Virus genome (UHGV): UHGV-0085625
Strand: one strand, 5' to 3'
DNA: 39,805 nt
Source: a virus
The notes under the pieces are model-generated. The model made no database searches. It worked only from the letters and a program-made list of their open reading frames with translations, and was not told the origin of the DNA. The position numbers were made by a program, and so were the translations under genes. Positions 15,824 to 25,246 of this stretch are shown piece after piece (position 1 is the first letter of the stretch; every line of letters begins with the position of its first letter).

Positions 15824-16054
15824 ATGCCGGGGCCAGTATATTATGACCTGTACGATTGTGGGAAGCTTGTGGGACGGTACAGCGGCATTGAGTTGCAAAA
15901 GAGATTTGGTTGGAAGTGCAGGCCACAGGTCGATAAGTACAGTGATATGGGGATCCTGTACCAGAAGAGGTACCTGATTGTCCGGGTAGAAACAGAGATG
16001 TGGGCGGCTGAGTGGGATGAGGCCAGACAGAGGATTTTGAGGGCGAGGAGGTGA
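15824..16054 (+). CDS. Hypothetical protein.
   Basis: ORF. Confidence 0.4.
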   Translation: MPGPVYYDLYDCGKLVGRYSGIELQKRFGWKCRPQVDKYSDMGILYQKRYLIVRVETEMWAAEWDEARQRILRARR

Positions 16055-16485
16055 TACCGTTGGACAAGCAGATTTTGGAGCAGTACATAGATGCCTGCGA
16101 GCTGATTAAGGACACCAAGGAGGAGATCGGGAAGTTGCGTAAGCGCCGCAGGCAGATACAGAAGGATAGTGTCAAAGGGTCGGCACAGGAGTTTCCCTAC
16201 ACGTTGCAGACCTACCATCTGGAGGGACTTGGGTATGCTACCGTTAAAGATCCGGATGAGTTGGACCGTATGGAGGAGCTGTTGGCGGAGCGGATCCGAA
16301 ATGCAGAGAGAATCAAGCGCCAAGTGGAAACATGGCTCAATACAGTTTCACCCAGGATGCAGCGGATTATCCGGTACAGGGTGTTTGATGATATGACTTG
16401 GGAACAGGTTGCAATGCGAATGGGAAGAAGGGCAACAGGAGAGAGCGTTAAAAAAGAATTTCAGAGATTTTTAGAAGTGGCTTAA
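16051..16485 (+). CDS. Late-gene transcriptional regulator (sigma-70 region-4-like, ArpU/RinA-type).
   Basis: C-terminal HTH RIIRYRVFDDMTWEQVAMRMG resembling sigma region 4. Sits immediately upstream of the packaging genes. Confidence 0.5.
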   Translation: MIPLDKQILEQYIDACELIKDTKEEIGKLRKRRRQIQKDSVKGSAQEFPYTLQTYHLEGLGYATVKDPDELDRMEELLAERIRNAERIKRQVETWLNTVSPRMQRIIRYRVFDDMTWEQVAMRMGRRATGESVKKEFQRFLEVA

Positions 16486-16661
16486 AATTTGTCCCGTTTG
16501 TCCTGAATGTCCCACTTCAAAATGTTATAGTGTACCATGAAGCCAAAGGCATACAGCCGGCGGCTTTCATACTTACCGAAATGTCGGCCGCCAGGTGTTA
16601 CAGCCGGGTGGTCGGTTCGTCTGGCTCTGGTTCCATCCCAGGGCTGGACGCCCCCTTCTCC

Positions 16662-16734
16662 GGATCTTTAGCTCAGTTGGTAGAGCAGGTGGCTGTTAAT
16701 CACCGTGTCCCAGGTTCGATTCCTGGAGGATCCG
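16662..16734 (+). tRNA. tRNA-Asn (anticodon GTT).
   Basis: Hand-folded cloverleaf. Acceptor GGATCTT/AGGATCC, D-arm GCTC-AGTTGGTA-GAGC, anticodon loop CTGTTAA, T-arm CCAGG-TTCGATT-CCTGG. 73 nt, CCA not encoded. Confidence 0.9.
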
Positions 16735-16837
16735 TTGGTTTTTCTTTTGCATGATTTTTCTCCTTTGGAGAGGCTCCTGCTTCAGCGGGGGCTTTTCTTT
16801 TTATCAACATATTGTGGATAATGTGGGGATAAGTACA

Positions 16838-16918
16838 AGATATTGAAATGGAGGTGGCTTCGGCTGCCTCTTTTTCTATACCAAAAACAAACACGAACGA
16901 GAGGTGGCCTTAGCTGCC
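16838..16918 (+). terminator. Two tandem rho-independent terminators (UUCG-loop hairpins) before the packaging operon.
   Basis: GAGGTGGC-TTCG-GCTGCCTC + TTTTT at 16838..16865. AGGTGGC-CTTA-GCTGCCT + TTTTTT at 16891..16918. Confidence 0.55.
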
Positions 16919-16957
16919 TTTTTTGATTTCAGAAATACAGTCAGATAGGAAGGTGAG

Positions 16958-17446
16958 GTGATGGCAAACAATGGTAACTTAAGACGTTTAAGCCCGAGCG
17001 AAGCTCGAGAATATGGACGCAGAGGAGGAAAAGCATCCGGCGAATCACGGCGTAGGAAGGCCGACTTTCGGAAGATATTGAATGCCCTTCTCACGGCTGA
17101 AATAGACAATCCAGAATGGACGCCGCTGCTGGAGGCATTAGGACTGGACAGCACCTTGGAATCAGCCGTCAACGCAGCCATTATCCGGGAGGCTCTGGCG
17201 GGAGATGTAAAAGCTTATATTGCTATCCGCGACACCTTAGGACAGACCACAAAGTCAGAAGCGGACTTGGAGGAGCAGAAGATACGAACGGCAGCAGCCA
17301 AGGCAAAGACTGGACAGGATGTTGAGGAAGAACCGGAAGACGATGGATTCCTTCAGGCATTTAATGATGCTGCCGATGAAGACTGGCCTGATTTTACAGA
17401 AGAAGCGGAGAACGCAGACGATGAAGAGGAAACGACCGATATTTAA
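16958..17446 (+). CDS. terS: Terminase small subunit.
   Basis: Basic N-terminus, acidic C-terminus, and position immediately upstream of terL, which it overlaps. Confidence 0.5.
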   Translation: MMANNGNLRRLSPSEAREYGRRGGKASGESRRRKADFRKILNALLTAEIDNPEWTPLLEALGLDSTLESAVNAAIIREALAGDVKAYIAIRDTLGQTTKSEADLEEQKIRTAAAKAKTGQDVEEEPEDDGFLQAFNDAADEDWPDFTEEAENADDEEETTDI

Positions 17447-18722
17447 ATTTCAGAAATTCTCCCGTAAGCAGCGCCAGGTATTTACCTGGTGGGCTGATTC
17501 AAGTCCGGTAAAGGACGCGGAAGGGATTATAGCAGACGGAGCTATCCGATCCGGAAAGACTGTAAGCATGTCATTGTCTTATGTAATGTGGGCTATGGAA
17601 CGGTTTGACGGAGAAAACTTCATCATGGCCGGAAAGACCATCAGCTCTTTTAAGCGTAATGTATTGCAGAATCTGAAGCTTATGCTTACCAGTCGGGGAT
17701 ATAAGTGGATTTACCATATCTCTGGAGATCTTCCCAACATGCTGGAAGTTACCAGGAAAGGTAAGACAAATTATTTTTTCATATTCGGTGGAAAAGATGA
17801 AGGATCCCAGGATCTGGTTCAAGGTATTACGGCAGCAGGTGCCTTCTTTGATGAGGTGGCATTGATGCCGGAATCATTTGTGAACCAGGCAACAGGACGT
17901 CTTTCGGTGGAAGGCTCTAAGATGTGGTTTAACTGCAATCCAGCGGGCCCTGTGCACTGGTTCAAAGTAAATTGGATTGACAAGCGCAGAGATAAAAAGC
18001 TTCTTTATCTGCATTTTACAATGGATGATAACCTGTCTTTGTCTGAGAAGACTAAGGCCAGATACCGCAGTATGTATGTCGGCGTTTTCTACCTGCGGTA
18101 TATCAAGGGGCTATGGAAAGCCGCTGAGGGCCTGATTTATACCATGTTTACAGATGATAATCTGTACACGGACGATCAACGCCCGGTGGCGCTGAAAAGC
18201 ACAGCGGTTCGGGGTATTGCAGTGGACTATGGCACCACGAACCCCTGTGTATTTTTGGATATCTGGGACGATGGACAGACATTGTGGGTTGATCGGGAAT
18301 ATCGTTGGGACAGCCGATCAGAAGAGGCCAGGCGCAGCCCTAACCCACAGAGAACAGACTCCCAGTATGCAGATGATATGGCAGAGTTCATGGGGAACAG
18401 GCCAGAGGAACAGTGCGAGATCATTGTGGATCCCTCTGCCGCGTCTTTTATAGCCGAGCTGCAGGGGCGTGGCTATTATGTGAAGCTGGCAGATAACGAG
18501 GTAATAGATGGCATTCGGATCGTATCCACTCTTCTGGCTAAGCGTAGCATCAGGATCAACCGTAAATGCAGGGGGCTGACTGGGGAAATGCAGTCTTATG
18601 TGTGGGATGATAAGGCGGCAGAACGCGGAGAGGAAAAGCCGGTGAAACAGCAGGACCATGGGCCGGACGCCCTACGGTATTACTGTAAGACAAAACTACC
18701 AAAATGGAGGATAGCATCATGA
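17424..18722 (+). CDS. terL: Terminase large subunit (PBSX/XtmB-like).
   Basis: Walker A GAIRSGKT. C-terminal nuclease-like region. 433 aa from ATG 17424. Confidence 0.9.
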   Translation, partial: KRKRPIFKFQKFSRKQRQVFTWWADSSPVKDAEGIIADGAIRSGKTVSMSLSYVMWAMERFDGENFIMAGKTISSFKRNVLQNLKLMLTSRGYKWIYHISGDLPNMLEVTRKGKTNYFFIFGGKDEGSQDLVQGITAAGAFFDEVALMPESFVNQATGRLSVEGSKMWFNCNPAGPVHWFKVNWIDKRRDKKLLYLHFTMDDNLSLSEKTKARYRSMYVGVFYLRYIKGLWKAAEGLIYTMFTDDNLYTDDQRPVALKSTAVRGIAVDYGTTNPCVFLDIWDDGQTLWVDREYRWDSRSEEARRSPNPQRTDSQYADDMAEFMGNRPEEQCEIIVDPSAASFIAELQGRGYYVKLADNEVIDGIRIVSTLLAKRSIRINRKCRGLTGEMQSYVWDDKAAERGEEKPVKQQDHGPDALRYYCKTKLPKWRIAS

Positions 18723-18961
18723 ATAAAGAAGAGAAGAAGGATATTCCATATGGATATGAACGGATTACATACTCCCGGTGCGGGGACAGCGAGGCATTGG
18801 AGATTCTTCGGCCTGCTTCTGATAATGCGGGGCAGGAATCCAGGATACTGTCTCCAGATATAACGGTGAGCCTTGAAACAAAAAGTGGTTTATCCGCTTC
18901 GGAAATAGCGGACAGATTGAAACAGATATTAGCCGAACAGGCTAATGGAGGGAGAAAATAA
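18719..18961 (+). CDS. Hypothetical small protein between terminase and portal.
   Basis: ATGA-coupled to terL. GGAGGA RBS. Confidence 0.45.
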   Translation: MNKEEKKDIPYGYERITYSRCGDSEALEILRPASDNAGQESRILSPDITVSLETKSGLSASEIADRLKQILAEQANGGRK

Positions 18962-18963
18962 TT

Positions 18964-20415
18964 ATGTCCAAGAGAAGAAACACCCGCCGTACACGGGCAG
19001 ACACAACACAGGCATCCACAGTTACGATGGATGCCTTTTCTAATCCTGCGGCCCGGATTGGATTCGGTACCATGGATCTTTTGCAGGCGACAGAATATCC
19101 CCTGACCCGTATGACCCAGAACTACCAGCTCCTAACCAGTCTGTACCGGGATAACTGGATTGTTCAGAACATCGTAGCTACAATCCCCAATGATATGATC
19201 CGAAAATGGTATGAGATCAGATCGGGTATCGCTCCGGAATATATCGACCAGATGGCCCGCTTAGAACGGACCACCCAGCTGCGAAAGAAATTGCTGACAG
19301 GCTTGTGCTGGGGGAGGCTGTATGGTGGTGCAGTTGGAGTGATTCTTATCAGGGGACAAAATGATATGTCCCAGCCTCTGGATTTGGACAGCATAATGCC
19401 CGGGAGCTTCCTGGGATTGCAGATTCTGGACCGGTGGAGTGGTGTATATCCGGAAAGTGATGTGGTAACAGATCCGTCCGATCCTGATTTTGGACTGCCG
19501 GATTATTATATTATCCGGGATGAGACTACAGGCCAGACGGCTGTGCGTGTGCATCACAGCAGGGTGATCCGGTTCATTGGGCGGGAGCTGCCGTGGCTGG
19601 AACAGGTGGCTGAACAGTATTGGGGAGAGTCGGAGCTGGAGGCGATTTACAGCGAGGTTGTCAAGCGGGACAATGTATCCGGTAATATTGCAGCGCTGAC
19701 TTTCCGGGCAAATGTCAACTATCTCGAAGCGGATGGACTGGATCAGCTGCTGGGGACGGCAAATACAGAGATGCAGCGCAGGTTCTGGAACCTGATGCAG
19801 GCCCAGGCAATCATGGAAAGCAACTTCGGAACCCGCATCATCAACAAGGGCGACGCCATGCACAATGTCCAGTATACGTTTACCGGCCTTGCTGATGTGT
19901 ATGACAGAGTGATGATGGATGTGGCAGGTGCAGCCAGAACACCGGTCACGAAGCTCTTCGGGCGCTCGCCTGCTGGGATGAATGCTACTGGCGAATCTGA
20001 TATGCGTAATTATTATGATTACATAGACGGCCTGCGGGAAACAGATTTCCGGGCTATCATTGAGAGACTACTGCCGATTATGGCATTATCGGCCTGGGGA
20101 CAGATACCGGATGATTTGGAGATTGATTTTCCACCCATGCAGACCCCAGATGCCAAGGAAACTGCGGAGATTGCAGAACGCAAAACGAATGCAATTCTGG
20201 CGGTATACCAAAATGATCTGATCGATTCTGCTACTGCACAGCAGGAACTCCAGACACTGACCGAAGAAACCGGAATGTTTGGAAAAATCACGGACGAAAG
20301 CATCGAGGCGGGCAGAGGTCAGACTTACAGCAGTTCCAGAGCGATGCAGGATCCTCTGATGGGCTTAGAGCTTCCACGGGAACCAGCATCAGGCAATGAG
20401 GGGGATTTTGAATGA
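18964..20415 (+). CDS. Portal protein (Mu gp29/DUF935-like).
   Basis: 483 aa between terminase and MuF. The call rests mainly on this conserved gene order. Confidence 0.75.
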   Translation: MSKRRNTRRTRADTTQASTVTMDAFSNPAARIGFGTMDLLQATEYPLTRMTQNYQLLTSLYRDNWIVQNIVATIPNDMIRKWYEIRSGIAPEYIDQMARLERTTQLRKKLLTGLCWGRLYGGAVGVILIRGQNDMSQPLDLDSIMPGSFLGLQILDRWSGVYPESDVVTDPSDPDFGLPDYYIIRDETTGQTAVRVHHSRVIRFIGRELPWLEQVAEQYWGESELEAIYSEVVKRDNVSGNIAALTFRANVNYLEADGLDQLLGTANTEMQRRFWNLMQAQAIMESNFGTRIINKGDAMHNVQYTFTGLADVYDRVMMDVAGAARTPVTKLFGRSPAGMNATGESDMRNYYDYIDGLRETDFRAIIERLLPIMALSAWGQIPDDLEIDFPPMQTPDAKETAEIAERKTNAILAVYQNDLIDSATAQQELQTLTEETGMFGKITDESIEAGRGQTYSSSRAMQDPLMGLELPREPASGNEGDFE

Positions 20416-21911
20416 CACGGCAGATGAAGATCCTTCTACCAGATCGGGCAGATGTAACGGCTTATATGCGTATGCTGTTTTTGCGGACAGAGCAGGAAAT
20501 CATAAATGTGATCAACCGTAAGCGGTCGGTGGGCCATGTAGATTATGCTGAGGTAGCTGCTCTGGAACGTGTCCAGAAGATTCTGCAAAGTATGATAGAT
20601 CAGTCCTGGGCCTATGTCCCGACGATGATAGAAAAGATATTCTACCATTCGGATAAGGATGCTTCGGGTTACTCGAATGCCCGGAAGATGACTGAGACAT
20701 TCTCAGCGCCCCGGATTGCTATTATACAGCAGTTGACTGATAATCTTCTGGGTGAGCTTACAGAGGCCTCAGAAACAGCTTATGAGAGCGTACGGAAGGT
20801 CTACACGATTGCGAGACTGGAGGCTGATCCCTTCCGGGAAACAGCACTTAAAAAGGTATTGCGCAAGGAGGCAGCAGGAACTCCATGGATCAACAGCAGT
20901 CAGGCCATGGTACAGGAGATGCAGAATAAGGGGATTACCGCTTTTGTGGATAAGGCGGGGCGAAAGTGGTCTTTGCAGAGCTATGGGAACATGGCTGTCC
21001 GCACAACAGCCCGTCAGGCCCAGGTGGCAGCCCTTCTTACGGCTGACGATTACGATCTGTGGCAGATCGTGAAGGTTGGAAGCACCTGCAAGGTATGCGC
21101 GGCTCTGGAGGGAAGAGTGTACAGTAAAAGCGGAATGAACCCGGACTATCCTCCGTTGTCTCTGGCTTTCGGGAAGGTAGATCCGGATGGGGCGGATGAT
21201 CTGACGAATACCTACCTGAATATTCATCCTAACTGCCTTCATTCATTGGTTAAATATACAACGATAGGAAAGACAGAAAAGCAGATCCAGAAGGATAAGG
21301 ATTTTTCCAATCCTGAAAAGAATCCTATTGACCGGGATCCCCGGACGAAGAAGCAGATCAAGGCTTATCGGGAGAAGGAGCGGAACCGGCAGAGGCTTTT
21401 GCGGGATATGAGGCAGCATAAGGAATATAGGGCTGTTTTAGGGGAGGAAGTACCGAAAGATTTTGCAAAGTTCCAGAAAATGAAGTATACTGAAGGTGAA
21501 AAAATTGAGGTACTTAGAAAAAAAGTTGAAAATCTGGAAAAGTCCCGCAAATTCAAAGAAAAATTAAAAGATGGATCTATAAACATAGCTGTAAGAAATG
21601 TGAAACAGCAGGAACATATTCAGGGAACTAAAAAGTGGAGACAAAGGGTACGTTCTGATTTGGAAACCAAAGGAACAGCACCAGATATGTTCTATAAAAG
21701 TGTGGATGTTCAGAAGCTGGTGGATGAATATTCTGGGACAGGAGAATTTGAATTCCGTAAGAATCAGCAGTACCCTATTGAATACATCAGCGCAAAAGAA
21801 CCGATTGGAAGGTACTTTAACCTTGGAAAAGGAAGATACGAAGAAACAAAGCGTTTTGCAATTCGTTATTCCAGCAAGGGCGTACACCTGCATCCGGTAA
21901 AGGAGGTTTGA
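20412..21911 (+). CDS. Head morphogenesis protein (MuF/SPP1 gp7 family) with an AT-rich about 200-aa C-terminal extension.
   Basis: MuF core AFVDKAGRKWSLQSYGNMAVRTTARQA...CKVCAALEGRVY. The C-terminal 200 aa are Lys-rich and markedly AT-richer than the core. Confidence 0.8.
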   Translation: MTRQMKILLPDRADVTAYMRMLFLRTEQEIINVINRKRSVGHVDYAEVAALERVQKILQSMIDQSWAYVPTMIEKIFYHSDKDASGYSNARKMTETFSAPRIAIIQQLTDNLLGELTEASETAYESVRKVYTIARLEADPFRETALKKVLRKEAAGTPWINSSQAMVQEMQNKGITAFVDKAGRKWSLQSYGNMAVRTTARQAQVAALLTADDYDLWQIVKVGSTCKVCAALEGRVYSKSGMNPDYPPLSLAFGKVDPDGADDLTNTYLNIHPNCLHSLVKYTTIGKTEKQIQKDKDFSNPEKNPIDRDPRTKKQIKAYREKERNRQRLLRDMRQHKEYRAVLGEEVPKDFAKFQKMKYTEGEKIEVLRKKVENLEKSRKFKEKLKDGSINIAVRNVKQQEHIQGTKKWRQRVRSDLETKGTAPDMFYKSVDVQKLVDEYSGTGEFEFRKNQQYPIEYISAKEPIGRYFNLGKGRYEETKRFAIRYSSKGVHLHPVKEV

Positions 21912-21913
21912 TT

Positions 21914-22147
21914 ATGTACAGGGCTAAGATATCACCAAACTTAAAGAAGATATTTGAAAAGGGAGAACGCGGAGAGGTATTAACGCTGTTGTTAGCAGAT
22001 GGCAGGCGCGTTAAATGTAGACTTGAGATGCTCACATATGCCAATAAATCAGATACAGATGATACGGATGTTATGGTTGCCCGAATAAAGTATGGAGATG
22101 GCAACGGAGAGTTGCTGGCAGAGGAAGATATAAAAGAGGTCTTATAA
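21914..22147 (+). CDS. Small protein tightly coupled to the MuF C-terminal extension (immunity-like position).
   Basis: AGGAGG RBS inside the MuF 3' end. ATG lies 3 nt after the MuF stop. 77 aa. Followed by a terminator. Confidence 0.5.
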   Translation: MYRAKISPNLKKIFEKGERGEVLTLLLADGRRVKCRLEMLTYANKSDTDDTDVMVARIKYGDGNGELLAEEDIKEVL

Positions 22148-22294
22148 TACAGCGGAGAGAGCTATAGTGTATACTTTGCTACAGAGTTAAGATAAGCAAA
22201 AATAATTGAGGAGAAATACCACCAGTCAGAAATGGCCGGTGGTTTTTTGTACCCATTTTTAGCGTTGCGACGTCGCAACAGGAAGGAGTACACA

Positions 22295-22471
22295 ATGAGT
22301 AGATTTCTAAACTGGCTGAAACGGTTCTTTTGCAGGGCGAATCCTGAATGTGAGCACCTGTATAGAAAGCACTGGTGCCGCCGCTATGGCCCTTATGGCG
22401 GGTATGTGAGGCGGTGTACGAAGTGCGGAAAGGAAACAGAGAGATGCTTGCATATTACGGATACACCATAA
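22295..22471 (+). CDS. Small zinc-ribbon protein.
   Basis: GGAAGGAG RBS. CxxC motifs. Preceded by the 16-bp GACGTC palindrome. Confidence 0.4.
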   Translation: MSRFLNWLKRFFCRANPECEHLYRKHWCRRYGPYGGYVRRCTKCGKETERCLHITDTP

Positions 22472-23667
22472 GCCCCAATCAGATTGAAACTGGAGAGGGC
22501 TTTTTGATTTGCAGAAATGTTCCGATTGCCCGGACTGGAGACCAGGAGTATCTGGGGCGGGAGCTGGGACTTTCTGGTGCTGATGCAGAAAAGGTGGTAA
22601 TCGTTCATCGGCCACCTGAGGAAGTATTTTCTGAGGCTGCTCTGGCAAGTTTTGAAGGGAAACCGACAACGGACGATCATCCGCCGGAGCTTCTTACCCC
22701 GGATACTGTGAGCATGTACGAAAAGGGTCATGCTCAGAATATCAGGAAAGGGACTGACGAATGGGAAGGTTATGTAATTGCAGACCTGCATATCCATGAC
22801 CGAAGCCTGATTGATGCGATCCAGCAGGGGAAGAGGGAGATCAGCTGCGGGTATGAGTGCGAATATGTTTCGGACGGTTCCGGAGCATTCTGCCAAAAGA
22901 ATATAAGAGGGAATCACATTGCGGTCGTAAACCGGGGAAGAGCCGGGAAGCGGGCCGCAATTTTAGATTCAGATACATTAAAAAAAGAACAGGCTGAGAA
23001 GCCGGAAAGGAAAGCTATGAAAAAGAATGGGTTATTTTTCAAACTCTTCGGGCAGGCCGTAAAGGATAAAAGCCCGGAGGAAATTGAACAGCTGGCTATG
23101 GATGCGGCAGATGCATTTGAGGAAGAGGACTCTTCCGGCGGCGGTGATGGAACAGAGCCAGGCAAAAAGGAAAAAGAGGGTACCGCTCAGACGGTACAGG
23201 ATTCCGCTTTTTTAACGGCTCTGGATCAGAAAATCGACAGATTATTAAACCTGTTTGATGAAGCTGCAAAGGAAAAACCAGAAGAGGATCCGATGGATGC
23301 AGCTATCCGGAAGCTGGAGGGGAAAGAGGAAGAAAAAGAGGAAAAGAAGGAAGCCAAAGTAGTTCCGGCAGAGGGAAGCGGTGAACAGGCCCCTACAGTG
23401 GACAAGGCTTTGGCCGCTGCTCTTTTAAAGGCTGCAAGGCCTGCTGTAGCTGCGATCAAAGATGAAAAGGAGCGCAAGGCGGTATCGGATGCCCTGATCG
23501 CCTGCGTAACAGGATCCGGAGCTGACGGGGATATTGCAAAGCTTATGAAGGCAGCCCAGCATAATGCACAGAATGCAGCGGATCATAAGCCTGATGCAGA
23601 TTTAAGCAGGCTGCAGAGCGCTTATGACAAAATGAATCCGCATAAGAATGGAGGTACACAGGAATGA
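22444..23667 (+). CDS. Prohead protease/scaffold (Mu gpI/DUF2213-like) with a KE-rich scaffold domain.
   Basis: N-terminal domain GHAQNIRKG...IAVVNRGRAG. C-terminal charged low-complexity scaffold. Lies between MuF and the capsid gene. Confidence 0.55.
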   Translation: MLAYYGYTISPNQIETGEGFLICRNVPIARTGDQEYLGRELGLSGADAEKVVIVHRPPEEVFSEAALASFEGKPTTDDHPPELLTPDTVSMYEKGHAQNIRKGTDEWEGYVIADLHIHDRSLIDAIQQGKREISCGYECEYVSDGSGAFCQKNIRGNHIAVVNRGRAGKRAAILDSDTLKKEQAEKPERKAMKKNGLFFKLFGQAVKDKSPEEIEQLAMDAADAFEEEDSSGGGDGTEPGKKEKEGTAQTVQDSAFLTALDQKIDRLLNLFDEAAKEKPEEDPMDAAIRKLEGKEEEKEEKKEAKVVPAEGSGEQAPTVDKALAAALLKAARPAVAAIKDEKERKAVSDALIACVTGSGADGDIAKLMKAAQHNAQNAADHKPDADLSRLQSAYDKMNPHKNGGTQE

Positions 23668-24173
23668 GAGGACAGACAATCGGAAAAACAATGCCGCACG
23701 GATACGCCGGAAGTTATTCCAGACAGCCGGATATGATCGTGGATTCCCATCCTCTGGAGGGAGATGCCGCAGTAGTATTCGGACAGGCTGTAGTTTATGG
23801 GACAGCTGGTGCAGTGGTTCCCTTCGGCGGCAGCAGCACCGCAGATCAGTTTGTGGGTGTGGCAGCCAGAGAGATTAAATCCGCTACGGATTATCTGAAC
23901 CAGAACGCCGGAGGATATCAGCCAGGAGAGGCTGTGCCTGTATTAAAGCGTGGTCGGATCAACGTAATCTGCCAGAAAGGAACCCCGGCTATCAGAGGAA
24001 AGGTATATGTCCGTACTAAAGCAAACGGAAGTCATCCAAAGGCTTTGGTAGGGGGATTTGAGGCAGAGGCAGACAGTGAAAATACTGTAGAATTGACAAA
24101 TGTTCAGTGGAGAGGAAACGCTGATGCAAACGGCGTGGCTGAACTGAGTATCCTGACAATGATTAACGCATAA
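23664..24173 (+). CDS. Head decoration/structural protein (DUF2190-like).
   Basis: Position between protease and major capsid. Gly-rich composition. Confidence 0.45.
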   Translation: MRGQTIGKTMPHGYAGSYSRQPDMIVDSHPLEGDAAVVFGQAVVYGTAGAVVPFGGSSTADQFVGVAAREIKSATDYLNQNAGGYQPGEAVPVLKRGRINVICQKGTPAIRGKVYVRTKANGSHPKALVGGFEAEADSENTVELTNVQWRGNADANGVAELSILTMINA

Positions 24174-24184
24174 GGAGGATCAAA

Positions 24185-25234
24185 ATGGTATTTCAGAATG
24201 TAGGTACAATGGATTTAGGCATGCAGGTAGCACGGGGCGCTGGTGGGAGTGCCACTGGCGGAAACGCTGCTCGCATGACAATGGATGCCGCCGGGATTGC
24301 TTCCGGACAGGCATTTTTAACATCAGAGCTGGAAAAAAGAGATACGTTAGTGAGAACACCGCTGACCAGCGTTACATACGCCCGTGATATTCCTATGAGA
24401 GTGGGAGGAGGCTGGGCTGAATTTGTCAGCGCTATGCAGGTAGGATACGGCACTGCCGGAGGCTCTGGCGATAATCTGCATCACGCCGGAGGTGCGAACG
24501 GTATCCCCATGATCCAGGCGAATTTTGAGAAGGGGATGTATAAGTCCCACATGGTAGCCATGGGAACCCGCGTCATGTGGATTGATATGCAGAGAGGCAA
24601 TATGACAGGCCGCAATCTTGACAGCCTGCTTAGGGATGGCCTGCGCCTGACATATGATAAACATATGGAGGAAAACACATATGCAGGATTCAAGCGCTAC
24701 GGAACCACCGGCCTGTTAAACAATGCGGATGTTACGATCACCAGTGCAGCTGCTACAGGATCTTCCAGCGGCACTACATTTAAGAGTAAGACGCCGGATC
24801 AGATTCTGGATGATATCAATACGGCCATCCTGGTAGCCTGGGCGGCGGCAGAATATGACCGGGATGCAATCCCGAACCATATCATTATGCCGTATGAACA
24901 GTTTAATTATCTGGCAACCACCAGAGTGAGCGATCTGGCAGAAAAGACGATCCTTGCTTTCCTTCTGGAAAACAATGTGGCAAAGCAGAACGGAGTGGAT
25001 CTGTATATTGGCGCCACATCCTGGTGTAAGGGTGCAGGAGCCAGTAAAAAGGACCGTATGGCAGTGTACTGCAATAAAGAGCGTTATCTCGCTATGGATG
25101 AACTTGCACCGTTAACCCGTGCCATGACAGGGCCGAACACAGAGCAGTTCTGCTATGACACGGCATATGCGGCCAATGTGTCTGAGGTAGAGGTATTCTA
25201 CGATCAGACTGTATTGTATGTAGATGGAATTTAA
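24185..25234 (+). CDS. Major capsid protein (Mu gpT/DUF2184-like).
   Basis: 349 aa at the expected position for the capsid gene. Strong RBS AAGGAGGAT. Confidence 0.7.
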   Translation: MVFQNVGTMDLGMQVARGAGGSATGGNAARMTMDAAGIASGQAFLTSELEKRDTLVRTPLTSVTYARDIPMRVGGGWAEFVSAMQVGYGTAGGSGDNLHHAGGANGIPMIQANFEKGMYKSHMVAMGTRVMWIDMQRGNMTGRNLDSLLRDGLRLTYDKHMEENTYAGFKRYGTTGLLNNADVTITSAAATGSSSGTTFKSKTPDQILDDINTAILVAWAAAEYDRDAIPNHIIMPYEQFNYLATTRVSDLAEKTILAFLLENNVAKQNGVDLYIGATSWCKGAGASKKDRMAVYCNKERYLAMDELAPLTRAMTGPNTEQFCYDTAYAANVSEVEVFYDQTVLYVDGI

Positions 25235-25246
25235 GGGAGGTACAGG

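Noticed and set aside
16590-16660. Possible second degenerate tRNA upstream of tRNA-Asn (GGTTCG T-loop-like motif).
   Set aside because: No consistent acceptor or anticodon stems could be folded by hand, and the T-loop lacks the conserved A58.
16530-16754. 74-aa ORF overlapping the tRNA-Asn.
   Set aside because: It is fully explained by the tRNA gene and its GC-rich upstream region. It has no RBS.
23040-23600. Low-complexity KE/A-rich repeats inside 22444..23667.
   Set aside because: The composition fits a scaffold domain fused to the prohead protease and is not a separate element.
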